From assembly GCA_021821305.1 (NCBI GenBank), contig JAKACP010000001.1, positions 196,934 through 260,933 on the forward strand: 64,000 bases of DNA, written 5' to 3'. A model generated the notes under the pieces. The model had not been told where the DNA came from and searched no databases. It was given only the letters and a program-made list of their open reading frames with translations. This document shows positions 1-9,434 of this stretch, piece by piece. This DNA comes from a bacterium (GTDB taxonomy: Bacteria; Patescibacteriota; Minisyncoccia; Moranbacterales; UBA1568). Numbering within the stretch: position 1 is the stretch's first letter; the number at the start of each line of letters is the position of its first letter. The translations under genes and the position numbers were made by a program.

Positions 1-199
1 GACGGATGTCGCCCGGGTGATCCGGGCCTCCGCACAGACGATCCCGCAGCGATTGAAGCGGTCTCCTCATGACGCGAGACGTCTGGCATGCCAGGCATAC
101 GGGAAAACCTCGGACAAGGCACGGACGAGAACCGCATGCCATAACTACCCGTATCTGGCGCTTGGAAGGCACATCCTTCCGATCGCATAAGATGCTTTA

Positions 200-232
200 G
201 ACGGCTGAGAATTCAGCCGTCTTTCTTTTTTC
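200..232 (+). terminator. Rho-independent terminator of the upstream (truncated) gene
   Basis: Stem acggctga/tcagccgt with gaat loop, followed by tttctttttt. Confidence 0.6.
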
Positions 233-235
233 ATA

Positions 236-264
236 TTGACAAATTATATTTTTTGGTGTATAAT
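236..264 (+). promoter_or_regulatory. Consensus sigma-70 promoter (TTGACA-17 bp-TATAAT)
   Basis: ttgaca at 236-241, a 17-nt spacer, tataat at 259-264. It lies upstream of the lipoprotein/pyk genes. Confidence 0.65.
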
Positions 265-304
265 ATACTGTTCATACGTTTGAACGTTGAAAAGGAGCAG
301 GATC

Positions 305-517
305 ATGAAAGCAGTTCTTTCGTTGTGTATGGCCGTCGTGCTCTCCGGTTGCGGTGTCCTCGGCGGCGGGGTCGTCGAGCGGGAAGTGACGAAGTGCGTC
401 GCCACGCGGACGCTCGATGCGAACGGCAAGATGGTGGTGCTCGAGACCTGTACCGGCACCTCGGTACGGCGCGGGTATCCGACATTCGAAGGATCCGGTG
501 TCGATCAGAAGTGGTGA
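305..517 (+). CDS. Small lipoprotein (signal peptide with lipobox LSGC)
   Basis: ORF with the N-terminus MKAVLSLCMAVVLSGCG. An AAGGAG RBS sits 8 nt upstream. Confidence 0.4.
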   Translation: MKAVLSLCMAVVLSGCGVLGGGVVEREVTKCVATRTLDANGKMVVLETCTGTSVRRGYPTFEGSGVDQKW

Positions 518-624
518 TCAGAGCGATCGACAGCCTCGAAATATCGGGGCTGTTTTCTTTTCCCAAAAATGGCCGAGGAGTGCTATACTTCAGGAGACGA
601 AATCAACATACAAGCCGCTCTCCT

Positions 625-2055
625 ATGAAACACACCAAGATCGTCGCGACCGTCGGCCCCGCGTCGGAATCGAAGGACATGCTCCGCTCGCTCGCCGAGG
701 CGGGCGTCAACGTCTTCCGTCTCAATTTCTCGCACAACGAGCATGCGTGGCATCGCGAGGTCATCAACCGGATCCGCGAGGTGAGCGCCGAGCTCGACTC
801 GGCCATCGGCATCCTCGCCGATCTGCAGGGACCGCGTATCCGTGTCGCCGTGGACGCCGAGATCCCGGTATCCGAAAAACAGCGCCTCCGGGTCAGCGAT
901 ATCTCGCGCAAGGACACCCTCCCCGAATCCTCCGTGGCGACCGTGTTCCTCGATGCCGCGGGCATCTCGGACGCGCTCGAGACCGGGCACACCATCCTCA
1001 TCGAGGACGGCACCGTGCGGCTCCGCGTGACGGAGAAGGGCGACGGATGGGTCATGGCGGACGTGGAGGACCCGGGTATCATCAAGCCGCGAAAGGGCGT
1101 CAACCTGCCCGATTCCCGGATCGATCTCCCGATTCTCTCCGCCAAGGACAAGAAGGATCTCAAGTTCGTTCTCGAAGAAGGCGTCGATTTCGTCGGGCTT
1201 TCGTTCGTCGGATCGGCGGAGGATATCGACAGCGCACGGCAGGTGATGAAGCATCTCCTCCCCGAAGGGGCGCCGCTTCCGGATATCGTATCCAAGATCG
1301 AGCGCAAGGAGGCGATCAGGAATCTCGACGCGATACTCGGGGCGACGGACGCGGTCATGGTGGCGCGCGGTGACCTCGGCATCGAGATGCCGGAATCCGA
1401 GGTGGTCATCCTCCAGAAGGACATCATACGGCGGAGCCTCTCCGCATTGAAACCGGTCATCGTCGCGACGCAGATGATGAAGACCATGACGGAGAATCCG
1501 ACCCCGACGCGCGCGGAGGTGAGCGACGTGACGAACGCGGTCGTCGATCACGCCGACGCGGTCATGCTCTCCGAGGAGACCGCGATGGGAAAGTATCCGG
1601 TCGAAGTCATAACGACCATGCGCGAGATCATCGAGAAGACGGAGGAGTCGCCGTTCGACGATATCTTCAAGGCGCTCGACCTCAATGTCCGCTCCGAGTA
1701 CGCCACGATCATCCGGAGCGCCTACGAACTCGCTCGGAGCTTCGAGGCTCGGGCGATACTCCTCCTCTCCATGAGCGGGTTCACCGCCCGGCTCGCCTCG
1801 CACTTCCGCCCGGACACGGAACTCCTCGTCGCGACCGACAACAGACGCACCTGGAACAAGCTCGCGCTCCTCTGGGGCGTCACGGCGTACCTGTTCGAAG
1901 GAGACAGGAGTGCCGATTCGTTCATCGAGCGTATGATCGACGTCGCCAAGACGCAGGGCAAGCTCGAAGCCGGCGATCGGACCGTCGTATTCCTCGGGCG
2001 CATCCCCGGTGAACAGAGCGTCCAGCGCCTTGTCGGAATCCGGGAAATACGATAG
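625..2055 (+). CDS. pyk: Pyruvate kinase
   Basis: Translation MKHTKIVATVGPAS...FRLNFSHN...MVARGDLGIE matches pyruvate kinase family motifs. Start chosen at the internal MKHTKIVAT. Confidence 0.9.
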   Translation: MKHTKIVATVGPASESKDMLRSLAEAGVNVFRLNFSHNEHAWHREVINRIREVSAELDSAIGILADLQGPRIRVAVDAEIPVSEKQRLRVSDISRKDTLPESSVATVFLDAAGISDALETGHTILIEDGTVRLRVTEKGDGWVMADVEDPGIIKPRKGVNLPDSRIDLPILSAKDKKDLKFVLEEGVDFVGLSFVGSAEDIDSARQVMKHLLPEGAPLPDIVSKIERKEAIRNLDAILGATDAVMVARGDLGIEMPESEVVILQKDIIRRSLSALKPVIVATQMMKTMTENPTPTRAEVSDVTNAVVDHADAVMLSEETAMGKYPVEVITTMREIIEKTEESPFDDIFKALDLNVRSEYATIIRSAYELARSFEARAILLLSMSGFTARLASHFRPDTELLVATDNRRTWNKLALLWGVTAYLFEGDRSADSFIERMIDVAKTQGKLEAGDRTVVFLGRIPGEQSVQRLVGIREIR

Positions 2056-2119
2056 AATCCATCGTCTGCCATTCTGAGTGAAACGAAAAGTTCAGGGTCT
2101 TTGTTCCGGATGGCGATAT

Positions 2120-2204
2120 GGAAGGGTGGCCGAGAGGCTGAAGGCACGCGCTTGGAAAGCGCGCATACCGCAAGGTATCGCGGGTTCGAATCCCGCCTCT
2201 TCCG
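2120..2204 (+). tRNA. tRNA-Ser (anticodon GGA), class II with a long variable arm
   Basis: Cloverleaf read directly. Acceptor ggaaggg/cctcttcc; anticodon stem cgcgc/gcgcg with loop ttGGAaa; variable arm atacc/ggtat; T-arm gcggg-ttcgaat-cccgc. CCA is not encoded. Confidence 0.8.
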
Positions 2205-2323
2205 CAGGAATGAAAGGGATGAGAAGTTTATGCCCCGGAGGGGTAAATCCCGCCTCTTCCGCAGGAATGAAAGGGATGAGAAGTTTATGCCCCGGAGGGG
2301 TAAATCCCGCCTCTTCCGCGGTC
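2189..2323 (+). repeat. Tandem duplication (59-bp period, ~2.3 copies) of the tRNA-Ser 3' end
   Basis: aatcccgcctcttccgc occurs at 2189, 2247 and 2306. Each copy is preceded by the small palindrome ccccggagggg. Confidence 0.8.
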
Positions 2324-2348
2324 ATGTTCTTTTTTATGGAGGTGAACG

Positions 2349-2951
2349 ATGAAAATCGGAATCGATTTCGATGACGTGTTGTTTCATTTCGTACCGGCGT
2401 TCCTGCTGTATCACAATCGCATGCACGGGACGGACTTTTCGAAGGACGACGTATGGTCGTACCGTTTTTGGGAGGTGTTCGGTATCGCGAGAGACGAGGC
2501 GCTCAACCGCGTGTTCGCGTTCCTCGGTTCTCCGGAAGCCGAAGCACTGATACCGGTCGAGGGATCCCACAAGGGAATCGCTTCGCTCGCGAGAGATCAC
2601 GAGCTTCACATCATCACCGCACGGCAGGAATGGCTCGCCGAGGTGACGCATGGATTGCTGGAGCGGCACTTTCCGCCGGTCTTCTCCGGAGTGTACTTCG
2701 CCAATCATTTCTCCGACGATCGATCGGGATTGAGCAAGGGCGTGATCTGTGACCGGCTCGGTATCGATGTCTTCATCGACGATGCGCCTGCCAACGTGCT
2801 CGAGAGCGTACGCGCCGGAAGGAAGATCCTCCTCCTCGACGCCCCATGGAACACGTTCATGGATCCGATCGAGCATATCTCGCGTGTCCGCTCCTGGGAC
2901 GAGATCGTCGGAGCGATCGCGACCTTCGATTCCGAACGATCGGAACGATGA
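2349..2951 (+). CDS. HAD-superfamily 5'(3')-deoxyribonucleotidase-like protein
   Basis: N-terminal MKIGIDFDDVL contains the DxDxV HAD motif, with an NT5C-like layout. Confidence 0.65.
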   Translation: MKIGIDFDDVLFHFVPAFLLYHNRMHGTDFSKDDVWSYRFWEVFGIARDEALNRVFAFLGSPEAEALIPVEGSHKGIASLARDHELHIITARQEWLAEVTHGLLERHFPPVFSGVYFANHFSDDRSGLSKGVICDRLGIDVFIDDAPANVLESVRAGRKILLLDAPWNTFMDPIEHISRVRSWDEIVGAIATFDSERSER

Positions 2952-2952
2952 T

Positions 2953-2989
2953 TCCCGCCGCCTGTCATTCCAGGCGGCTTTTTTTTGCA
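2953..2989 (+). terminator. Rho-independent terminator
   Basis: Stem gccgcctg/caggcggc with tcattc loop, then tttttttt. Confidence 0.7.
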
Positions 2990-2990
2990 A

Positions 2991-3180
2991 GAGCCTGCCC
3001 ACTCCCTCACCGCAAAGATGAAAAAGGAAAAATCTCTTCTGCTTGTCGGCTAAAATTCCATCATTTCGGCTGCAAATCTCGAAAAGCTTGTCGAAATATC
3101 TCGATATTCCTCCTCACTTTTCAAAATTTTCGCTCAAAATTATGAAATTTTATACTCGACATGAGAGAGTGGTCAGGCTC
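2991..3180. repeat. Family-1 structured intergenic element, copy A (~190 bp)
   Basis: Ends gagcctgcccactccctca / tgagagagtggtcaggctc are complementary at 17 of 19 positions. Internal boxes tcaccgc, gcttgtcgg, tttcggctgcaaatc and ctcgacatgaga are shared with copies at 13439 and 55111. Confidence 0.6.
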
Positions 3181-3181
3181 T

Positions 3182-3213
3182 AAACAAAAACCTCTCCGAA
3201 CAGGAGAGGTTTC
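3182..3213 (-). terminator. Rho-independent terminator of the RRM gene
   Basis: On the minus strand: stem aacctctcc/ggagaggtt followed by tttttgttt. Confidence 0.6.
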
Positions 3214-3235
3214 GTTTCGCTGATGACCGGGGCGC

Positions 3236-3520
3236 CTAGTAGCGCGGTTGGTCATTGCGGGGCGGGCGATCCTCGAGCGGGCGAGCCTCATTGACCGTGA
3301 GGCGGCGTCCGTCGAGCTCTTTCCCGTTCCACATGGCGATCGCCTTCTCGGCATCCTCGGGGGATGCCATCTCGACGAAGCCGAAACCGCGGGAGCGGCC
3401 GGTCATCTTGTCCATGATGATGACGGCTGATTCGACGGTTCCTGCTTGCTCGAAGGCGGCACGGAGCCCTTCCTCAGTCGAACTGTAGGAAATGCCTCCG
3501 ATGTAGAGTTTGGTTGCCAT
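3236..3520 (-). CDS. RRM-domain RNA-binding protein
   Basis: KLYIGGISY (RNP2) and RGFGFVEM (RNP1) motifs. Confidence 0.8.
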   Translation of the reverse strand: MATKLYIGGISYSSTEEGLRAAFEQAGTVESAVIIMDKMTGRSRGFGFVEMASPEDAEKAIAMWNGKELDGRRLTVNEARPLEDRPPRNDQPRY

Positions 3521-3775
3521 ACTTGCTAACAAGAGAGCCTATTACACGCGTAAGACGACCTTCTTCTGGCGCGGCTCGGGTCGGACACGTCCTCTCCTGC
3601 GCTTGCTTCCGCTCCGAAAAGGAAGGGAAGTATGGACCAAAAAGAAAACTTACACGTGCATTGTAGTACAGAGAAGAGGTAAAAGCAACGGTCGCGGCCG
3701 GCGGAACTCGGTACGGAGGTGTTTCCCGAATCGCAAGAGAAGGGTATAATAAGGTAAATCGTTAATCATACGCAT

Positions 3776-4153
3776 ATGAAAGGATATATCGGCAATATCG
3801 AGGAAAAGACCCTCGAAAACGAGAATTATCGCGAAGTGCTCTTCACGGGCCCGAATCTTCAGCTCGTCGTCATGGCGCTCGAGCCCGGAGAAGAGATCGG
3901 TGAAGAGGCTCATGCGGGCCATGACCAATTCATCCGCTTCGAGGCGGGGGAGGGTGAGGTCATTTTCGACGGTGAGCCGACCAAAGTCGGTGACGGCGAT
4001 GCCATCGTCATACCGGCCGGAACAAGGCACAATGTCATCAATACCTCGCTTGAGGCCAAGCTCAAGCTCTACACGCTCTACGCGCCGCCGGAGCATGAGC
4101 CCGGGACGCTCCACCCGCGGAAGCAGGATTCGGTCGAGGACGAGGGTCACTAG
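3776..4153 (+). CDS. Cupin-domain protein
   Basis: Small beta-barrel pattern with His residues (HAGHDQFIRFEAGEGEV...IPAGTRHNV). Confidence 0.6.
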   Translation: MKGYIGNIEEKTLENENYREVLFTGPNLQLVVMALEPGEEIGEEAHAGHDQFIRFEAGEGEVIFDGEPTKVGDGDAIVIPAGTRHNVINTSLEAKLKLYTLYAPPEHEPGTLHPRKQDSVEDEGH

Positions 4154-4158
4154 AAGCC

Positions 4159-4581
4159 ATGGAACCCTGGATATTCTATGCGCTCCTGTCGGCGATATTC
4201 GCCGCCGCGGTCGCCATACTCGGAAAAATCGGCATACAGGGGATCGATTCGACCCTCGCGACTTCGGTGCGCGCGGTCGTGATGGCGGTGTTCCTCGCCG
4301 GCGCGGCGGTGTCCCTCGGCAAGCTGAAACTGCTCTCGACCATAGACAGCCGCGCGTTCTGGTTCATATTCTTTTCCGGCATCGCCGGCGCGCTTTCCTG
4401 GTTCTTCTATTTCCTCGCGCTCAAGACGGGCCCGGCGACCGGCGTGTCGGCGCTTGACCGGCTGTCGGTGGTCTTCGTGCTCGTGCTCGCGGTGCTCTTT
4501 CTCGGCGAGCCGCTCGGCTGGAAAAACGCGATCGGAGCGGCGCTTCTCGTGTCCGGGGCGGTGCTCATGGTCTGGAAATGA
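4159..4581 (+). CDS. EamA-like small membrane transporter (DMT superfamily)
   Basis: Four predicted TM helices; single EamA-domain-like sequence. Confidence 0.5.
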   Translation: MEPWIFYALLSAIFAAAVAILGKIGIQGIDSTLATSVRAVVMAVFLAGAAVSLGKLKLLSTIDSRAFWFIFFSGIAGALSWFFYFLALKTGPATGVSALDRLSVVFVLVLAVLFLGEPLGWKNAIGAALLVSGAVLMVWK

Positions 4582-4667
4582 CTTCCGCTATCATCACCGG
4601 AGCCGCGTCGGGAAATGACGCGGCTTTTCTTTTTTTGTGATATACTTTTTTCAGAAGGTGAAGACGT

Positions 4668-5273
4668 TTGAAAAATGCAAAACCTATGAAAACGGAACAA
4701 ACAAGCGGCGATATGCCGGAAGTCGCAGTGGCTCCGAGGGCGACGGTAAAATCCAATGACGAACTGTGGGGCAAGATGGTCATCGTCGTTTTCGGGCTCG
4801 GCCTCATCTCCATGATCGGATTCTTCGGCTTCCTCGGCTATCAGTTCTACAACCAGCGATCCGAGGAGGGGCCGTCGATCGCGGAGATGCCCAAGAACGA
4901 GGAACCGAGCGCCCAGCCTGCCGCGGAAGCGGCTCCGGTGACCGAGACCCAGCCTGCCGCGGAAGCGGCTCCGGCAGCGGATGCGAAACAGGTCGCGATA
5001 TCGGTCCTGAACGGCGGCGGCGCCAAGGGGTCGGCCGGCGTGCTCGCGGATGCCCTCAAGCAGGCAGGGTATACCAAGGTGACCCCCGGCAACGCCACGG
5101 GCGACTATGCCGCTACCACCGTATTTTATGGCGAAGGACAGGAAGCCGCCGCGAAAACCATCCTCACGGAGGTCGTGAAAAAGTATCCCAAAGCGACGGT
5201 CGCACCCGCCGATCCGAAGAAAGCCGATACCACGGGGTCGGCCGTGGTCATCGTCATCGGCGCCGCCGGCTAG
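4668..5273 (+). CDS. Membrane-anchored LytR_C-domain protein
   Basis: N-terminal TM helix, an AQPAAEAAP repeat linker, and a C-terminal VAISVLNGGGAKGSAG...VVIVIG LytR C-terminal-like pattern. Confidence 0.55.
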   Translation: MKNAKPMKTEQTSGDMPEVAVAPRATVKSNDELWGKMVIVVFGLGLISMIGFFGFLGYQFYNQRSEEGPSIAEMPKNEEPSAQPAAEAAPVTETQPAAEAAPAADAKQVAISVLNGGGAKGSAGVLADALKQAGYTKVTPGNATGDYAATTVFYGEGQEAAAKTILTEVVKKYPKATVAPADPKKADTTGSAVVIVIGAAG

Positions 5274-5430
5274 GCCCGCCGATCTCGGATATCTTCCCCA
5301 ATACCGCCCTCGGGCGGTATTTCCGTTTCTGCGGTATAATGGGGAAAAGGAGAGGCTCTTTTGCCTCCGGGCGCTTTTTCGGGTATCGTGTCTTGTCCGG
5401 ACTTCGTGCCCGGAAAACGTTTTCAACCCT

Positions 5431-7224
5431 ATGGATTCAACCGCGGTACAGGATATCAAGGCGAGGCTCAATATCGTCGACGTGGTCGGCGGGTACGTGA
5501 GGCTGACCAAATCGGGTACGCACTGGAAGGCGTGCTGTCCGTTTCACAACGAGAAGTCGCCGTCGTTCATGGTGAACGAGGAACGGCAGATCTTCCATTG
5601 TTTCGGCTGTGGCAAGGGCGGGGACATGTTCTCGTTCGTCGAGGAGATCGAAGGCGTGGACTTCCGCGAGGCGCTCCGGCTCCTCGCCGAGAAGGCGGGC
5701 GTGGAATTGCCGAAATACCGCAAGGCGTCGGTGTTCGCGCAAGGCGGCGTCGAGGAACCCGACCGGACCAAGGAAATCCTCGAGCTCTCGACCAAGTTCT
5801 TCGAGACCCAGCTTTGGAGCGGGGAAGGCACGAAGAGCGCGCTTCCCTATCTCCGCGACCGCGGACTCTCGGACGAGAGCATACGGACCTTCCGTCTCGG
5901 ATACGCGCCGGAAGGATGGCGGCACCTCCTCGATTTCCTCGTCGGCCGCGGCTATCGCGAGGAAGAGCTCGAGCGGGCCGGTCTCGTCATCAAGAAGGAT
6001 GGCGGCGGGCACTACGACCGCTTCCGCGACCGCATCATGTTCCCTATCGGCGATGTTGTCGGGCGGATCATCGGCTATTCCGCGCGCGTCGCGCCCGGAG
6101 GGGATGAAAGCCAGGCCAAATACATAAATACGCCCGAGACGCCCGTCTATCACAAGAGCCGCGCGCTCTATGGCATCTATCAGGCCAAGCAGGCGATGAA
6201 GGAGAAAGGATTCTCGGTCCTCGTCGAGGGGAACATGGATGTCATCGCCTGCCATCAGGCGGATATCCGTAATACGGTCGCCGTATCGGGGACGGCGCTC
6301 ACCGTCGAACAGCTCGATATGCTCAAGCGCTACGGAAACGGGATACGGCTGTTTTTCGACATGGATGGCGCGGGACAGGCCGCTTCGTGGAAGAGCTCGC
6401 TCCTCGCACTCGAAAAGGAGATGGAAGTGTCGATCATCGCGCTTCCGCATGGCAAGGATGCGGCCGACGCGGCCAAGGAGGACCCGGAGTCGCTCCGAGA
6501 GGCGGCGACACACGCGGTCCCGGTCGCGCAGTACTTCCTCGACAAGCTCCGAGCCGCCAATGACGCCAAAACACCCGCCGGAAAGCGCCGTATCGCCGAA
6601 GGATTCGCCCCCCTTCTGGCCTCCATGCGGAACCGGATCGAGCACGCCCATTGGCGCAAGGAACTGGCGCAGACGCTGGGTGTGGAAGAAAAAGTGCTTT
6701 CGGATGTACTACAGAGCGAAATCCTTGAAAAGCGGGAAATCGTCCCAAAAGGAGAGAAACAGGCACCCGAACCCAGCCGTCCAACATTCGTGACGCGCTC
6801 CGGCGTACTCCGGGATCGGATTGTGGGGCTGCTTCTCCTCGACGGGTCGCTCATGGACAAGGAATCCGTGGACGAACCGATAGGGGGATTCCTGTCAGGT
6901 GACGCGTTTTTCGGGATCGTATCAGAAAAAGGGGAGGGCGAGGCGTTTTCGCGAATTGATGGCGAAGCGCAGAAGCGTCGTGCGGCAGAATTGATGTTCG
7001 AGGCGGAAAAGCTCTTTGAGGGGAACGAGGCCGACGGTGAATTCGACCGAAACGAGCGCAAAACGAAGGTATTCCGGGAACTTCTCCGTGACCTTGCCAT
7101 CGAACTGCGCCGGGACGAACGGACAAAGATCGCTCAGGCGCTCGAGGAGGCAAGGAAGTCCGGTGACAAATCACTCGAACGCGAGCTCATGGAGCAGTTT
7201 CGGGAGATCTCGCGGGAAAATTGA
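5431..7224 (+). CDS. dnaG: DNA primase
   Basis: Zinc-finger CCPFHNEKSPSF...CFGCG, a TOPRIM region (EGNMDV), and the conserved dnaG-rpoD gene order. Confidence 0.9.
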   Translation: MDSTAVQDIKARLNIVDVVGGYVRLTKSGTHWKACCPFHNEKSPSFMVNEERQIFHCFGCGKGGDMFSFVEEIEGVDFREALRLLAEKAGVELPKYRKASVFAQGGVEEPDRTKEILELSTKFFETQLWSGEGTKSALPYLRDRGLSDESIRTFRLGYAPEGWRHLLDFLVGRGYREEELERAGLVIKKDGGGHYDRFRDRIMFPIGDVVGRIIGYSARVAPGGDESQAKYINTPETPVYHKSRALYGIYQAKQAMKEKGFSVLVEGNMDVIACHQADIRNTVAVSGTALTVEQLDMLKRYGNGIRLFFDMDGAGQAASWKSSLLALEKEMEVSIIALPHGKDAADAAKEDPESLREAATHAVPVAQYFLDKLRAANDAKTPAGKRRIAEGFAPLLASMRNRIEHAHWRKELAQTLGVEEKVLSDVLQSEILEKREIVPKGEKQAPEPSRPTFVTRSGVLRDRIVGLLLLDGSLMDKESVDEPIGGFLSGDAFFGIVSEKGEGEAFSRIDGEAQKRRAAELMFEAEKLFEGNEADGEFDRNERKTKVFRELLRDLAIELRRDERTKIAQALEEARKSGDKSLERELMEQFREISREN

Positions 7225-7291
7225 CCTTCCGGCCTGCTGGGGTTGATTTCGAGATACAGGAATGACGGAGGAAAGACACGGTATGTCTTTT

Positions 7292-7317
7292 CAAGCGGCA
7301 CCCGCTTGATTTTTTTG
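7292..7317 (+). terminator. Rho-independent terminator after dnaG
   Basis: Stem aagcgg/ccgctt followed by attttttt. Confidence 0.5.
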
Positions 7318-7364
7318 TTGCTAGGAACATATATAATTTCCAGGAAGTATTTTTAAGGGAACCT

Positions 7365-8774
7365 ATGAAGAAAAAGCCGATCCAGAAGAAGACCAAGAAG
7401 GATATCCGCAGGAAACCGGCCGCCAAGAAACCGGCCGCGAAGAAATCCGCGCCGAAAAAGAAGCCGGTGGTCAGGAAACCTGCTCCGAAGAAGTCCGTGA
7501 AGAAGGCCGTGGCCGGAAAAAAGAAGGTCGCACCGAAGGCGTCGAAAAAGAAAGGCTCCAAGCCCGCGGCCAAGAAACCGGCCGCGAAGAAACCGACCCA
7601 GAAAAAATCACAGCCGAAAAAGACCGCCCGGAAACCGGAATCCGCCGCGAAGAAGGCCAAGGCGGCAATCATGGAGGGAAAGCAGGAGAGCGCGTTCGCC
7701 GAGCTCATCACCCGCGGCAAACAGCGCGGATTCGTGACGGAAGATGAGATCATCCACATCCTCCCGGACGTCGAGACCGATCTCGACGCGCTCGAGCGGC
7801 TCTACGGCGAGCTTGAGGAGGCCGGCGTGCGCGTGGCCGGATCCGACGAGATACTCAAGGTCGAGACCGACCGTATCGCCGATGATTTCGGGAAAAAGGA
7901 AGCCGCCGCCAAGAAGCCGTCGCGTCGTGCGGAGTCGGATGAGGACACCTCGGACCTCGTCCAGATGTACCTTCGCGAGATCGGCCGCGTCGCGCTCCTC
8001 ACCGGCGAGGAGGAAGTGAAGTACGCCAAGCTCATCGAGAAGGGCGATATGGTCGCCAAACAGCGGCTCACCGAGGCCAACCTCCGGCTCGTCGTCTCCA
8101 TCGCCAAGAAGTACGTCGGCCGCTCGCACAACCTCTCCCTCCTCGACCTCATCCAGGAGGGCAATCTCGGACTCTTCCGCGCGGTGGAGAAGTTCGACTA
8201 CCGCAAGGGATACAAGTTCTCGACCTACGCGACGTGGTGGATCCGTCAGGCGATCACCCGCGCGCTCGCCGATCAGTCCCGCACCATCCGTATCCCGGTG
8301 CACATGGTTGAGACCATCAACAAGTATTCCCAGGTGACGCGTCGCCTCGTCCAGGAGCTCGGCCGCGAGCCGCTTCCCGAGGAGATCGCCGCGGAAATGG
8401 GGATGGAGGTCGACAAGGTCCGCCACATCCAGAAGATCTCGCAGGAGACCGTCTCGCTCGAGACCTCCGTCGGCGACTCGGACGACGATTCGGTGCTCGG
8501 CGACTTCATCGAGGACACCGAGACTGTCATGCCGCACCAGTCGGCCGCCCGCAAGCTCCTCAAGGAGCATATCGGGGCTATCCTCGACGAGCTGACCCCG
8601 CGCGAGCAGAAGATCCTCAAGATCCGCTTCGGACTCGAGGACGGTATCACGCATACCCTCGAGGAGGTCGGACAGGAATTCGGCGTGACCCGCGAGCGTA
8701 TCCGCCAGATCGAGGCCAAGGCCCTCGAGAAGATCCGCGAGCACGACCACGTCAAGAAGCTCCGACACTACTAA
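7365..8774 (+). CDS. rpoD: RNA polymerase sigma factor RpoD with an N-terminal lysine-rich (KKPAAKK) extension
   Basis: Regions 1.2 through 4 are present: [20 protein letters not shown] and a 4.2 HTH ([20 protein letters not shown]). The N-terminal ~100 aa is a KKPAAKK-repeat tail. Confidence 0.9.
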   Translation: MKKKPIQKKTKKDIRRKPAAKKPAAKKSAPKKKPVVRKPAPKKSVKKAVAGKKKVAPKASKKKGSKPAAKKPAAKKPTQKKSQPKKTARKPESAAKKAKAAIMEGKQESAFAELITRGKQRGFVTEDEIIHILPDVETDLDALERLYGELEEAGVRVAGSDEILKVETDRIADDFGKKEAAAKKPSRRAESDEDTSDLVQMYLREIGRVALLTGEEEVKYAKLIEKGDMVAKQRLTEANLRLVVSIAKKYVGRSHNLSLLDLIQEGNLGLFRAVEKFDYRKGYKFSTYATWWIRQAITRALADQSRTIRIPVHMVETINKYSQVTRRLVQELGREPLPEEIAAEMGMEVDKVRHIQKISQETVSLETSVGDSDDDSVLGDFIEDTETVMPHQSAARKLLKEHIGAILDELTPREQKILKIRFGLEDGITHTLEEVGQEFGVTRERIRQIEAKALEKIREHDHVKKLRHY

Positions 8775-8782
8775 GGAAGTCG

Positions 8783-8808
8783 AAAAGCCCCGAAAGGGGC
8801 TTTTTCTT
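8783..8808 (+). terminator. Rho-independent terminator after rpoD
   Basis: Stem aagcccc/ggggctt with gaaa loop, followed by tttttctt. Confidence 0.7.
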
Positions 8809-8863
8809 GCCAAAAGCGGATTATTTGTTATACTAATCCTGTTTTCAAATTGAAAATACGCAT

Positions 8864-8936
<73 letters not shown>

Positions 8937-9074
8937 AAATATGAAAAGAACGTCCGCTTGGGCGTTCTTTTCATATCCATTCTCTAGGTGGCAGGAGTCG
9001 AAGCCCATGTCCTTCAGGAGCGTTTTTTGTTTGATCGACGAAAAGCCCCTCATTGGGGCGTCGTTTTCGTGCTC

Positions 9075-9103
9075 TTGACTATATACCGTATGGGGTATAT
9101 GAT
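9075..9103 (+). promoter_or_regulatory. Promoter (TTGACT-17-TATGAT) with an embedded CsoR/CstR-type operator
   Basis: The spacer contains the pseudo-palindrome ATACCgtatGGGGTAT, which resembles CsoR-family operators. Confidence 0.5.
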
Positions 9104-9144
9104 GGGTACGCGAATAACTCATTCAAACGGGGTAAGACAACATC

Positions 9145-9405
9145 ATGAAAGCGACTACCGAAAAACTCATCCATCGTCTCAACCGCATCGAGGGCCAGAT
9201 CGATGCCGTCCGCCGGGCGATCGAGCACGGCGATGCCGACTGCCTCGAACAGATCCATCAGATCAAGGCGGCCCGCTCGGCGCTCAAGAGTTTTGCCGAA
9301 GCGTACGTGGAGGAATACGCGCTCGCCTGCGCCAAGGAGAGCCATGCCTCTCCGCGCCTCGCCCCGAAGCTTCGCGAGGTCGTCTCCGCCGCGTTCGCGC
9401 TCTAA
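9145..9405 (+). CDS. CsoR/RcnR/CstR-family metal- or persulfide-sensing transcriptional repressor
   Basis: 86-aa all-helical protein with the family's conserved Cys/His positions (C42...H...C). It leads the MBL-rhodanese module. Confidence 0.7.
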   Translation: MKATTEKLIHRLNRIEGQIDAVRRAIEHGDADCLEQIHQIKAARSALKSFAEAYVEEYALACAKESHASPRLAPKLREVVSAAFAL

Positions 9406-9434
9406 ATATCAATATTAATAAGTCATTATTTCTT

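Noticed and set aside
417-1803. Long antisense or alternative-frame ORFs overlapping pyk (417-1373 +, 583-1803 -, 603-1487 -)
   Set aside because: Typical high-GC spurious ORFs with Arg/Pro/Gly-rich, low-complexity translations. The pyk frame has clear family motifs.
2189-2323. Possible CRISPR array (regularly spaced repeats)
   Set aside because: Only about three copies. The repeat is the tRNA-Ser 3' end itself, and the 42-bp spacers are identical to each other. There are no cas genes.
3530-3775. Possible riboswitch or structured 5'UTR between the RRM gene and the cupin gene
   Set aside because: No recognisable riboswitch consensus. Only a plausible -10 (ggtataat) for the cupin gene is visible.
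5361-6651. Overlapping ORFs within dnaG (5361-6107 +, 5437-6651 -, 5609-6127 +)
   Set aside because: Arg-rich shadow ORFs of the high-GC dnaG coding sequence.
8988-9434. N-terminal extension of the MBL hydrolase ORF (start at 8988)
   Set aside because: It would overlap the tRNA-Asn terminator and the whole CsoR-like gene, and it has no RBS. The conserved protein begins at MYDITPIH (9435).
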